Below are positions 17,637 to 26,826 of a DNA stretch of 54,107 nt, in pieces (the stretch's first letter is position 1; every line of letters begins with the position of its first letter). The notes below the pieces were generated by a model, which was not told where the DNA came from, did no database searches, and saw nothing but the letters and a program-made list of their open reading frames with translations. The translations under genes and the position numbers were made by a program. Source of the stretch: a virus (taxonomy: Duplodnaviria > Caudoviricetes); the IMG/VR virus record IMGVR_UViG_3300009422_000007, positions 1 through 54,107 of that record; one strand, 5' to 3'.

Positions 17637-18261
17637 GTTGTATCCTTTTTATATCGTGTTTAAGTTGATCTAACGAAAAGTAAGTACAAGGTTTAATAAC
17701 TGCCCATTGTTTAGTATTATGTACTATAATAGGTTCTGCAATCGGCACACAATCACTCCACCAATCACTCCACATATTACTAAAACTGGCTACTTTGCCT
17801 TTTGCACTAATTACGTCCCATAGTATTTTGTTGTATTCGTTAAAGGTTAATATCATTCCGTTTTTATTATTTGTCATTGCCCAGTTTAAGTTTGCTGTTA
17901 GTAAGTGTTTTGTTATATTATGATTTGCTCTGTATTGCTTATCCATCCATAAACGATTTCCGCCACTAGCATAATCAGGATGTAAATTAGAATTTTCTAC
18001 AGCACTAACACCTACTATTGATCCTTTTTCTAAGTCATATAATAGATCAATTTGTCCTGTATCTGTTGTCCAACGTCTATGCTCGTTTCTTTCTTCTTTA
18101 ATAAGATATAATAGTCCTGAAGGTTCAGAATTATCCATATTAGGCATTACATGTTCTTTAGTTTCATCTTGTTGCATACGTCTTAGAAAAGACAAATATG
18201 CAGATTCGTGACTCTTAAAGTTTTCCGCATCTGTAGTTTGTATTTCCAAGTAATCAGTCAT
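17623..18261 (-). CDS. GNAT-like protein
   Basis: IVGVSAV...GGNRLWMDKQYRAN (motif A-like), ILTFNEYN. Confidence 0.55.
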   Translation of the reverse strand: MTDYLEIQTTDAENFKSHESAYLSFLRRMQQDETKEHVMPNMDNSEPSGLLYLIKEERNEHRRWTTDTGQIDLLYDLEKGSIVGVSAVENSNLHPDYASGGNRLWMDKQYRANHNITKHLLTANLNWAMTNNKNGMILTFNEYNKILWDVISAKGKVASFSNMWSDWWSDCVPIAEPIIVHNTKQWAVIKPCTYFSLDQLKHDIKRIQHDYS

Positions 18262-18276
18262 ACTAATATGTACCTT

Positions 18277-18804
18277 CTAATCCGTGTCGTTGCTGTCCAA
18301 GCTCATTAGCAAGTGCCAACGTTTTTCATTTCCACAATTTATTGCAGTATGTAGTTCTCTTGTATCTACTTTAAATACTCCGCCATTAGCAGGTATTTCT
18401 ACTAATTCAGGAGGATCAACAAATAAAAACCTAGCCTGTTTGTTAGTGTATGTTGCTATATGTAATCTTTGGTGCGGATCTACATGCATACTATAGCAAG
18501 TACGAGGTTGCATTATCATTATTCTTGTACGATATACTTTCCAAGGAAATTCATCAAAAAACTTTTCCCAATATGTTCCAATTAAGTCTGGACGTAACTT
18601 ATCCCATTGATGTTCATTATTGCCTAAGTATGTTCCTGTGCCTTCTGCAAAGTCTCCATCGCCACCTGATTGTAATGCTGTTTGTGTTCTAAAATCTCCT
18701 AGCTCTTTATCCCATGCTAGTTTTTTACATTCCTCATGTAGTCTTTCTATATCGTCAATAACGTAAGGCTTATCGTTATGTCGCATACGATACTTCTTGC
18801 TCAT
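18277..18804 (-). CDS. aspartyl/asparaginyl beta-hydroxylase-like Fe(II)/2OG oxygenase
   Basis: RTRIM.M.P..CYSMHVD...RLHI...IPA.G.V..VDT...HTAIN.G...RWHL. Confidence 0.8.
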   Translation of the reverse strand: MSKKYRMRHNDKPYVIDDIERLHEECKKLAWDKELGDFRTQTALQSGGDGDFAEGTGTYLGNNEHQWDKLRPDLIGTYWEKFFDEFPWKVYRTRIMIMQPRTCYSMHVDPHQRLHIATYTNKQARFLFVDPPELVEIPANGGVFKVDTRELHTAINCGNEKRWHLLMSLDSNDTD

Positions 18805-20073
18805 TTAAACTTCTCCTATAACCATGTACCTATTACATCTGTCTAAATTTAATTCTCCATAATAGTGTACTTTTGAAACTCCGCATTCCTCTACGAAGTC
18901 ATCTAAATTATGAAAGCAATTAACATGATCTTCAACATCAAACATATCGTTACCTTGCAAAACAACTCTAGTTCCTTTAGGAAGGGATTGTACCCAACCT
19001 CCGTGATCATGGAAGTGTTCTGTTATTGTATCAATTATAACAAGGTCTTTTATTGTTGTAAAATCCATTGTTCTTATGTCTTCGTTTGATACTTTATAAA
19101 ACTCTGTTGACACTCCTGCCATCGACATTTCATTACCATTAACGTCTGTTATGTCTGGTGCTTGTACATTCAATATACAAGATGGATCGTTAACAGTTTT
19201 ATCAATATCTACATTAAGAACTTTTCCAAATTCTTGTTTACGACAACCTGCTAAGAAAGGCAATATGCCTAGCCACCCTCCTACAATTATTGTTGTAGTA
19301 TTATCTGTTACCCAACCAGTTTCTTGTAACTTGTCTAACAACCATACTTTACTTTTAATTTGATTCCTACTTAACGCATCAAACCAGTTTAACTCTGGAC
19401 TATGCGTTATTGCTTTAGACATTCTTTTTAGTTCTGGTTCTAATTCAGGAAAGTAATTTGTACTTGCATTAGATGCTAATAACTCTATACTAGTATCAAT
19501 TAAGTTTTCTAACATTGACGTTCTACCTACAAGTAATCTTGCAAAGTAACATAATTCAAATATGTTTCCTTCTTTTGCTTCTTGTAACTTAGTAGCTCCC
19601 CATGCAATATTATCTAAAGCATCAGTTCCGTTTTCTTTTATCCAGCCACTAATATTATAAACAGCATCTGGTGTGTCTTCAATCTCTTGACATCCTTTCC
19701 AGATTGTATTAATAATATCATCATGTGCAGATTTAAATTTAATATTAGGATCCTCTCTATGATACATTCCAAGTGCTACTGCTAACTTTAGTTGTATCCA
19801 TCTAGTTTTTTCTTTAGAAGGTTCTACACAATCTAACAATTCATTGAAGTTTAGAAAGTTCTCAATTCCAACATTATAAAATAAATGTTCCATATCATCA
19901 TCTGAACCTGTTTCTAATACTCTTCTAATCCAATGTAAACTACTACGGAAGCCAATAAACTCTTCCATAAAATATAAAAATGCTATTCTATTTTTTCTAT
20001 CTATATCTTCCTTACTACCAGGAACTATTCTAATATTTTTCTTTTGCTTTACTTCCTCTAGCCTTCTTATCAT
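18805..20073 (-). CDS. protein with C-terminal class I SAM-dependent methyltransferase-like domain
   Basis: Q..SK.WL, IVGGWLGIL motif I, NVDID motif II, EH, LQGN...DHVNC, RYMVIG. ATG 20073 gives an ATGA overlap. Confidence 0.7.
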   Translation of the reverse strand: MIRRLEEVKQKKNIRIVPGSKEDIDRKNRIAFLYFMEEFIGFRSSLHWIRRVLETGSDDDMEHLFYNVGIENFLNFNELLDCVEPSKEKTRWIQLKLAVALGMYHREDPNIKFKSAHDDIINTIWKGCQEIEDTPDAVYNISGWIKENGTDALDNIAWGATKLQEAKEGNIFELCYFARLLVGRTSMLENLIDTSIELLASNASTNYFPELEPELKRMSKAITHSPELNWFDALSRNQIKSKVWLLDKLQETGWVTDNTTTIIVGGWLGILPFLAGCRKQEFGKVLNVDIDKTVNDPSCILNVQAPDITDVNGNEMSMAGVSTEFYKVSNEDIRTMDFTTIKDLVIIDTITEHFHDHGGWVQSLPKGTRVVLQGNDMFDVEDHVNCFHNLDDFVEECGVSKVHYYGELNLDRCNRYMVIGEV

Positions 20074-21053
20074 GCCCACCACCCGTATAGTTTTAAGTTA
20101 GTTCTCCAATGTACATCATTATATGTTAATGGCTTCTCAGGATGTAACTGCAAGTGTTTAAACATTAAACTAGTTTTCTCGTCTAGTATTGGTATACTAA
20201 ATCCAAAAACTTCGTCTACTGCTTCTTGTAATTCTTTCATTCCTCTATCTGTTATTTCGTTAAAGCCTTTAAAGTACTCTGCAAACCATTCGTAATCTCT
20301 AATTAATGCATGATCAAAGTTATTAAAGTGTAGTTGCCTAATAGCACTACGAGCTCCTATAATACTCCAAATTCCATTTTCAACATCAGCACCAACAGTT
20401 AGCCATGTTAAAAGTCTTTGATAGTTTGCGGCATGCATTATCTCTTTAATTTCTTCTGGCTTTATTAAAATTCCTGCTTCGGTTGAGAGCTTAACTCCTT
20501 CTCTAAAACCTACACGGAATGCTTGATACTTAGATGCATTTGTATATACGTTACAATAGCAACCAGGTAGTTCTTTATATTGTGTTTCATCCCAACAAAA
20601 ATCAACTTGATCTCTTTCGTTATTAGACTCTTCATGGCTTTTCATAGTTAGTAAGTGTTCTGTATTCCATAACTTTAATCCTCCATTGCCATACATTAAT
20701 CCATTAGTATACTGTCTACCACCCCAAGTGTAAGACATAAAGCCAATATTTTTAGGAAGATTTAGTTCAAAGAAACTAGGATCAACAACACTATCTGCAT
20801 CTACTGTAATAACATATTGCTCTCCAGGAAAAGCATTTGCCGCGGCTTTGTGTGCGGCATCAAATCCTTTTACTCCGTGTACACGTTGTATCTCTTGATG
20901 AGGAGTTGTTTGCTGTAATGTTTTCCAGTTAGCATCTGCATTTGGCTCGTCATAACTTAAAAATACTATTGGAATATCTTTAATAGTTTTAGTACCTTTT
21001 TTCCAAGTAGTAATTTTTGCTTTTTCTTCTTTAGATAACTTAAACATTGACAT
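20070..21053 (-). CDS. GT-A fold glycosyltransferase (GT2-like), paralogue 3
   Basis: FLSYDEPNA, HGVKG...AHK, VDAD (DxD), NGL.YGNGG.K, GFREGVKL. Confidence 0.75.
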   Translation of the reverse strand: MSMFKLSKEEKAKITTWKKGTKTIKDIPIVFLSYDEPNADANWKTLQQTTPHQEIQRVHGVKGFDAAHKAAANAFPGEQYVITVDADSVVDPSFFELNLPKNIGFMSYTWGGRQYTNGLMYGNGGLKLWNTEHLLTMKSHEESNNERDQVDFCWDETQYKELPGCYCNVYTNASKYQAFRVGFREGVKLSTEAGILIKPEEIKEIMHAANYQRLLTWLTVGADVENGIWSIIGARSAIRQLHFNNFDHALIRDYEWFAEYFKGFNEITDRGMKELQEAVDEVFGFSIPILDEKTSLMFKHLQLHPEKPLTYNDVHWRTNLKLYGWWA

Positions 21054-21906
21054 TGTTAAATTCCTTTTCTAACCATTCCCAGTCGTTAATTAGATTCATC
21101 TTTACACTATTTGCATATTGCAATCCATGCTTAACTCCTGCCTTTGCTCCAAGTATTACCCACTTTGCATTCTCTCCATCTGCTACAGTAGACCATACGT
21201 GATATCTAACTGACGCTTCAAACACCTCATCAAAGTAGTTGTATATAAGCAAACTCTCTTTATACTTCTCATTTATAAGACTTCTTTTGCCACCTCTATA
21301 TGATGCCCTGTTGCTTTGTTGCCATTCTTGTTTATTAATATGTTCTTCTAGTTTATTAATTTCGTCTATTCTTGCCTTGTCTCTTCTTTTAACTGCACCA
21401 AATACTGAACCTAACGATGCCAGTTTTGCACACTCTCTAAATGCTCCTATAAACGCACTATCTGGTGTTGCGTTAAATCTTGTCTCACAACTAACTTTAG
21501 ACTTAGCAATAGTAGATGCTCCTATTGTTGTAGACAAATCAATTTCCCAACTGCGACCTTCTAGGAATGGTTTTTTTGGAAATAACTTAACTCCACCATA
21601 TCCGTACTCTAATCCGTTAACTGGATTAACACTATTCCATACAATTACACATTGATCTTCTGGATGATCCCAGTACATTTCATCTGGATCTGGAACAAAG
21701 TCAAAATCAAAGTCATCTACAATCCAGGCATCAGCGTCAACTACATAAAAGTTATCTGTATCTGATAGTTCTGCACAACGTTTATGTACTTCGTATATTC
21801 CTTTTACATCTCTAACTTCTTTAACGTTCGGAACAAACTCCACAAGTCGCTGATAGTTTTCCTCGGCATTCCATTCCCCTTGGGATATAAAAAACACATC
21901 TAACAT
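21040..21906 (-). CDS. GT-A fold glycosyltransferase (GT2-like), paralogue 2
   Basis: DVFFIS..E.NA, VVDAD, NPVNGLEYGYGGVKL, AFRECAKL. Confidence 0.75.
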   Translation of the reverse strand: MLDVFFISQGEWNAEENYQRLVEFVPNVKEVRDVKGIYEVHKRCAELSDTDNFYVVDADAWIVDDFDFDFVPDPDEMYWDHPEDQCVIVWNSVNPVNGLEYGYGGVKLFPKKPFLEGRSWEIDLSTTIGASTIAKSKVSCETRFNATPDSAFIGAFRECAKLASLGSVFGAVKRRDKARIDEINKLEEHINKQEWQQSNRASYRGGKRSLINEKYKESLLIYNYFDEVFEASVRYHVWSTVADGENAKWVILGAKAGVKHGLQYANSVKMNLINDWEWLEKEFNNVNV

Positions 21907-21909
21907 ATT

Positions 21910-22884
21910 CTATCCTATAATTAATTGTTCAACATCAGTTTCTTTAACTAACGGTGCAAGCCTAATGGGATTAAAATAACTTGCTTTATAGAACTTACTT
22001 GCTTGTTCATCTAATGTTGCAATCTCTAAACTCATATCTTGTTTTAATATTCTTCCTAGTTTCTCTGTCTCACTCTGTAATATACTTTTACTCCAAGTAA
22101 AATCACTTATTGCACAATGCTCGTCTTTGCCATAAAACTTTGGCATAATTTCTTCATGCCAGTATTTGTTATGCCATTCAAAGTCTCGAACTAAAGTAAA
22201 ATCAAACTCGCTTCTTTTTAAGTTTGTCATATAGCAACCTAGTCTAGCACCATACATTGCCCATAAGCCATTTTCAACATCAGCACCAACACTCATCCAA
22301 ATTAACAAACGTCTATGATTTTTGTAATTGTTTCTCTCTGCTACTTGTCGCCAATCCATAGGCTGACCGTTATGTAATGCTAACTTAACACCTTCCCTAA
22401 ATCCTGCTCTATATGCTTGATAAGGAGTCTTATTATTATACACATCACTATAGATATTGTTTAACTGATGATAATGTATATCCCAACAAAAGTCAACAGC
22501 ACCTGCTCCGCCACTAACTTCCTCATGTGTTCTCATTTGTTCAACTACTTTTACTGGCCATAATTTAATACCACCATTGCCGTATACTAAACCATTTATA
22601 ATATTCTTCCCTGACCAACTTAGTACGTCACTTTTATCAAATGCTTCTATCTCTAGTTCAAGTTCAAAGAAGTCTTCTCTAACTTTATTATCTGCATCAA
22701 TACCAATAAAACGTTCTGTTTCTGCTAGTTTAGCGGCGGCTTTATGACAAGCATCAGAACCAAATACTCCGTGGCTTCTTTTAGCCCAAGGACAAATTGA
22801 TTGTAAGTGAGCCCAGTTCTCGTCTGCATTTGGTTCATCATAACTGATAAACACAACATCATATTCACTTATAGGCACACTCAT
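21910..22884 (-). CDS. GT-A fold glycosyltransferase (GT2-like), paralogue 1
   Basis: DVVFISYDEPNA, IDADN, NGLVYGNGGIK, RAGFREGVKL. Confidence 0.75.
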   Translation of the reverse strand: MSVPISEYDVVFISYDEPNADENWAHLQSICPWAKRSHGVFGSDACHKAAAKLAETERFIGIDADNKVREDFFELELEIEAFDKSDVLSWSGKNIINGLVYGNGGIKLWPVKVVEQMRTHEEVSGGAGAVDFCWDIHYHQLNNIYSDVYNNKTPYQAYRAGFREGVKLALHNGQPMDWRQVAERNNYKNHRRLLIWMSVGADVENGLWAMYGARLGCYMTNLKRSEFDFTLVRDFEWHNKYWHEEIMPKFYGKDEHCAISDFTWSKSILQSETEKLGRILKQDMSLEIATLDEQASKFYKASYFNPIRLAPLVKETDVEQLIIG

Positions 22885-23855
22885 GCTTCTACTCCTACGT
22901 CTAGATTGTTTGCTTTATATAACAAATTTATTGGGGTGTTGTTTGGCCAGTTAGTAGATATCTCAAACGGTACATTTTGTCTTAACATTAGTGCAGGTAA
23001 ACTAACCCATGCTACAAAGTTATCAGGATCATCTCCTGTTATTAGAGCACCTTTTAAATCTCCAGCCAAATCGTCTATTGCACTTCCTGCTGTATAATTA
23101 CTTTGTGCATAAACTTTACCATCTTTTATATATAATGTAATATGTGTTCCTGGTCCAGGATGAGATATAATTGTTTGTAGTTCTGACGTTCCGTTAAATG
23201 CATAATATTTTTCTGTCTTTACAAATACTATTCCTGTTGCTACTTGAGGTAAGTTTAAACGTACATCTTTATCATTATGTACAATGTCGTGTATAACAGA
23301 AGGATCAATTAAATCCCATAAAGAAAACTCTGCATATCCTTTTTCCATTAATTGACCTATAGCAATATCAATATTACCAAAGTATATGTGTGGATCGCTA
23401 CTATCAGTTATGTAAATTTTAAGAGGCATTGTTGCTTTATTTTCCATTGCACGAGTTGTCCAAATTCTGTTTGGTTCTACTCTCACTATTCCTTTTTCAG
23501 CAAACAATACAAATTTTATTTCAGCATTATTATTTTCTTCATGTAACGTAGTACTATGCCAATTATAACGACTATTTGTTGCAAGTTTGTAAGAATCTAG
23601 TTTACGTTTATCAACTAAATCTAATGCTCCAATTTTTTCATTAAGTGCAACCTTATAGTTACTTTGGCTATCACTACCTTCTAATAAACTTTTAATTTTA
23701 GCATATGTAACATTAAGTGCTTTTGGATTATCAGGTTGTCTTCCTGCAGATATTTTCTTAATAGTACCGGCACCGTCATATTCAACTGACCAAAATTCTT
23801 CTTTAACTCTTGTACGTTTTCTAACTGTAAATTGTATATCAGCCATTGTGTACAT
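22881..23855 (-). CDS. hypothetical protein
   Basis: 324 aa; internally repeated motif (YITDSSDPH / LITGDDPDN); overlaps both neighbours. Confidence 0.7.
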   Translation of the reverse strand: MYTMADIQFTVRKRTRVKEEFWSVEYDGAGTIKKISAGRQPDNPKALNVTYAKIKSLLEGSDSQSNYKVALNEKIGALDLVDKRKLDSYKLATNSRYNWHSTTLHEENNNAEIKFVLFAEKGIVRVEPNRIWTTRAMENKATMPLKIYITDSSDPHIYFGNIDIAIGQLMEKGYAEFSLWDLIDPSVIHDIVHNDKDVRLNLPQVATGIVFVKTEKYYAFNGTSELQTIISHPGPGTHITLYIKDGKVYAQSNYTAGSAIDDLAGDLKGALITGDDPDNFVAWVSLPALMLRQNVPFEISTNWPNNTPINLLYKANNLDVGVEA

Positions 23856-24540
23856 ACTCCAATGTTTTCTCTGATTTATCTAACCATACTGGAAATAACT
23901 GTACATGATTTTCTAATTTAAAATTACTGTTTGACGGATAATAAGAAATCCAATCATGCCATGTATTAGTTGCATACATTACAGGAGCAGTTTCTAAGTC
24001 TCTAATACTCATATCAACTAACGGAAATGTTTCATATGCTTGCCAGGACGGAAACAAAGAAACTATAGCACTTAGCCAATGTTGTAACTCTGCTTCTTCT
24101 GGAAAATAGTAAGTCCATAACTGTTCTTGTGTAAAGTTTATTACTAACATAAACGACTCAACGGCACTCATTGAATCTCCTATTAGCATGACATACGGAA
24201 TCCCCAAATGATTATTCTCTTCTTGTACTTTTCTTTTTAGTATTTTCTTTTTAGGAATTTCTAATAACCTGTGATCTACAAGTTTACCAGGAACTATGTT
24301 TATTTTGTGCTCTATCGCAATTTCTAATAACTTAAACGACATAGGTCTAATAGCAACACCTGCCTGACATAATATATCTCCGTCCTCAAGTGGAATACGA
24401 GATAGTTCAAGTAATTGCTCTTCTGGGCTTGTTTCTAATAGTTCTACAAATACAGTTTCAACATCATCTTTAAAAGACTTTATATCAGCCTCAGTTACTT
24501 TATATAGTTCCATGTTGTTTCCAAATACATAACACTTCAT
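23839..24540 (-). CDS. hypothetical protein, possibly a degenerate glycosyltransferase-like subunit
   Basis: 233 aa in the operon; no clear DxD. Confidence 0.55.
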   Translation of the reverse strand: MKCYVFGNNMELYKVTEADIKSFKDDVETVFVELLETSPEEQLLELSRIPLEDGDILCQAGVAIRPMSFKLLEIAIEHKINIVPGKLVDHRLLEIPKKKILKRKVQEENNHLGIPYVMLIGDSMSAVESFMLVINFTQEQLWTYYFPEEAELQHWLSAIVSLFPSWQAYETFPLVDMSIRDLETAPVMYATNTWHDWISYYPSNSNFKLENHVQLFPVWLDKSEKTLEYVHNG

Positions 24541-25412
24541 GACATAAAACTCATAATTTGTCTATAGTTACGAAGTATACTCATTTTGTTCATCATATGT
24601 ATATCCTCTCCTGTAACTCTTACTGCAATATTTTTATATTCCTCTTCTGAGTTACTAAGCATAACCCAATCGTTTGCTCCTTTAACTTCTACAATATCAT
24701 CACGTTGATCTTGGTAACGCATATGTAAAGGTATGCGTCCTATAAACCCTCCGTCTTGGAAGCCGTCACATAAGTGACATGCAATAGAAGCCGCATAGTC
24801 AGTACGATACAAACTTCCAGGAAACTTATATAGGAAGCGATAATATTCCCAATGATCCTTTACATGCGACCATACATTAAAGAAATGTTGTGCTTCTTCA
24901 GACTTTCTCCAATATACTACTGTTGACCACCACATGCGTATTCCTGCATAATGCAACCATCTTTCTGTAGTATAAGGTTCTTGACAACGCAGATTCATTG
25001 CATCTCGGTGCATTGCTACATCACTTTGTCCACCAAATAACATTTGTAAGTTATCGTTACCTACTAGGTAGTCTGTATCAATTAATATAGTTTCATCGAA
25101 AGGAGTCAAGTTATATATGTCGTGCTTATTTGTATTTGTAAATTGTGCATTAAAACTTTTATAAGCACCATCATTATGTATTCTAATATTAGTTTCATAT
25201 TCTGGATCAGTCATAATAACTTGATCCCAGAGTTTTGTGGTCATCTTTTTTGTAGTATATTGTTTGGATTGAATTAAACTGCGTTCGTTGGTTACTAACA
25301 CTACGGGAATATCTGGCATATATTTCTTTAGTGCTGAAGTGGCAACAATCGCTAATTTAGTATAATCTATTTGCTCATTGTTATAAGCAAACATCATAAA
25401 ACCTTTTGTCAT
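24537..25412 (-). CDS. GT-A fold glycosyltransferase (GT8-like)
   Basis: G...FAYN..IDY..LA, K..IY.LTPFDETILIDTDY (DxD), WSTVVYW, YR.DYA.SIA, H.MNK. Confidence 0.75.
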   Translation of the reverse strand: MTKGFMMFAYNNEQIDYTKLAIVATSALKKYMPDIPVVLVTNERSLIQSKQYTTKKMTTKLWDQVIMTDPEYETNIRIHNDGAYKSFNAQFTNTNKHDIYNLTPFDETILIDTDYLVGNDNLQMLFGGQSDVAMHRDAMNLRCQEPYTTERWLHYAGIRMWWSTVVYWRKSEEAQHFFNVWSHVKDHWEYYRFLYKFPGSLYRTDYAASIACHLCDGFQDGGFIGRIPLHMRYQDQRDDIVEVKGANDWVMLSNSEEEYKNIAVRVTGEDIHMMNKMSILRNYRQIMSFMS

Positions 25413-25762
25413 TTTGCTCCTACAACTGTCTTTGTTGCTCTAGCTTTTTTTAGTTTTTGTTGTTCGTCCCATTTTAGTTGCATTGCTTTATCATATGTTT
25501 CTAATAGTTTCTTTAGGAACTCTTTGCTTTTATCAATAGAACTAGTGTTACCAATGCTATCTGCAATGTATAATACTTTTTTAGGATTTAGACTTACCTG
25601 TGCAGACACATAACCAATTAAGTCTTGTGTTACTTTAAAGACATAATTGTTATAGTTTAGTAGTAACATTGATTCAACACGGGCATCAATGTTCTTCCTT
25701 TGTGTTTGCAGAGTCAGTCTATAATTTGCAAAAGCAAGTGCTTTTTTTAGTCTATCATCCAT
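25409..25762 (-). CDS. conserved phage hypothetical protein
   Basis: MDDRLKKAL.FANY..TL motif; first gene after the late promoter at 25791-25796. Confidence 0.75.
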   Translation of the reverse strand: MDDRLKKALAFANYRLTLQTQRKNIDARVESMLLLNYNNYVFKVTQDLIGYVSAQVSLNPKKVLYIADSIGNTSSIDKSKEFLKKLLETYDKAMQLKWDEQQKLKKARATKTVVGAK

Positions 25763-25823
25763 ATTACTATCCTAGAGTTATATATGCACTTATTTATTAG
25801 GAGAATGTAACGAAGTTAAACCG

Positions 25824-26825
25824 TTAAGTTTGTGTCCATACAACAGGGTTTGATACTACTGGTGTTGGAATATCTAACGTCACGTTGTTTTCTGTAACAC
25901 TATTAGGATGGACCATAGTTGCTATTACAGAAAGTTCACCTGTTGATGCAAGTGTTGTACTAGAGCTATCTAGTACTATTCTTAAGTTAAGATACTTACT
26001 ATCAGTGCCATAAACTCTTCCATAAACTTTTACTCGTATACTTGAATAATTACCATAACCAGCATATCCGCCATATCCGCCATATCCGCCATAGCTACCG
26101 CCGCCACCAGCTGGGCTAGTGTAGAGTAGTTTTTCTGTACTATTAAGCTCACTAAATCCAACATCTTGTGTAATACCAACAGAATTTAAACTTGCTATTG
26201 TATCAACACTAAGTTTAAGAATACCCATGTCTGCAAATACTGTTTTCCATGTTGTATAACCCGAACCGCTTCCGTTAGTATATGCAAGTTCTAATCTAAT
26301 ATCACCACCAGCATTAAAGAAGTGTCTAGCACTTTCATAGTAAGCTGGGTCAGTACCAAACAAATAATCTAGTTGTGTTTCAAACTTATTTGTCCAGCCT
26401 GTGGTGCTACTAAAAGTGTTTAATGTAGTTAATTGTGTTAAGTTTGGATCTACTTCGTTGCGTTTAGCTCTAGCAAGTTCGAGGTAATTATGTGCAGTAT
26501 TAAAGAAGTCTGCTGTTATTTTCCCACCACGTGATGTTACTACAAGCTCATTGTCTGTAGCATCAGTTCTAAGTGTACTAATATTAATTCTGTTAACTAA
26601 TTCGTTTGCATGTGTAGAAGTAACTTTGTCGCCTCTTGCTACTGTAGATATTGCTGTTCCTCCCCAGCCCCATCGGATACTATCTTGAACTGCGGTGTCA
26701 TCTGTTTCAGATGGTCCTTCATTTGCATGTGTGTCTGCAAACAGTTCATTTGTTTCAGCTGAAAGAGTATTAAAATAATCTTTCTCAACTTTATTGCCTT
26801 TTGCGTTTCTTGGATGGCCAGCCAT
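25824..26825 (-). CDS. virion structural protein (tail/fibre associated)
   Basis: Thr/Gly/Ser-rich; ARHFFNAGG.I motif; Gly-Tyr repeat loop; located in the tail gene block. Confidence 0.65.
   Translation of the reverse strand: MAGHPRNAKGNKVEKDYFNTLSAETNELFADTHANEGPSETDDTAVQDSIRWGWGGTAISTVARGDKVTSTHANELVNRINISTLRTDATDNELVVTSRGGKITADFFNTAHNYLELARAKRNEVDPNLTQLTTLNTFSSTTGWTNKFETQLDYLFGTDPAYYESARHFFNAGGDIRLELAYTNGSGSGYTTWKTVFADMGILKLSVDTIASLNSVGITQDVGFSELNSTEKLLYTSPAGGGGSYGGYGGYGGYAGYGNYSSIRVKVYGRVYGTDSKYLNLRIVLDSSSTTLASTGELSVIATMVHPNSVTENNVTLDIPTPVVSNPVVWTQT
26057..26108 (-). repeat. 9-bp coding tandem repeat (GGY)n
   Basis: CATATCCGC repeated; encodes GGGSYGGYGGYGGYAGY. Confidence 0.7.
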
Positions 26826-26826
26826 A

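Noticed and set aside
25731-25748. AAAAGCA-AG-TGCTTTT palindrome followed by a T-run
   Set aside because: Lies within the start of a minus-strand CDS (LKKALAF), has a 2-nt loop, and there is no plus-strand gene to terminate.
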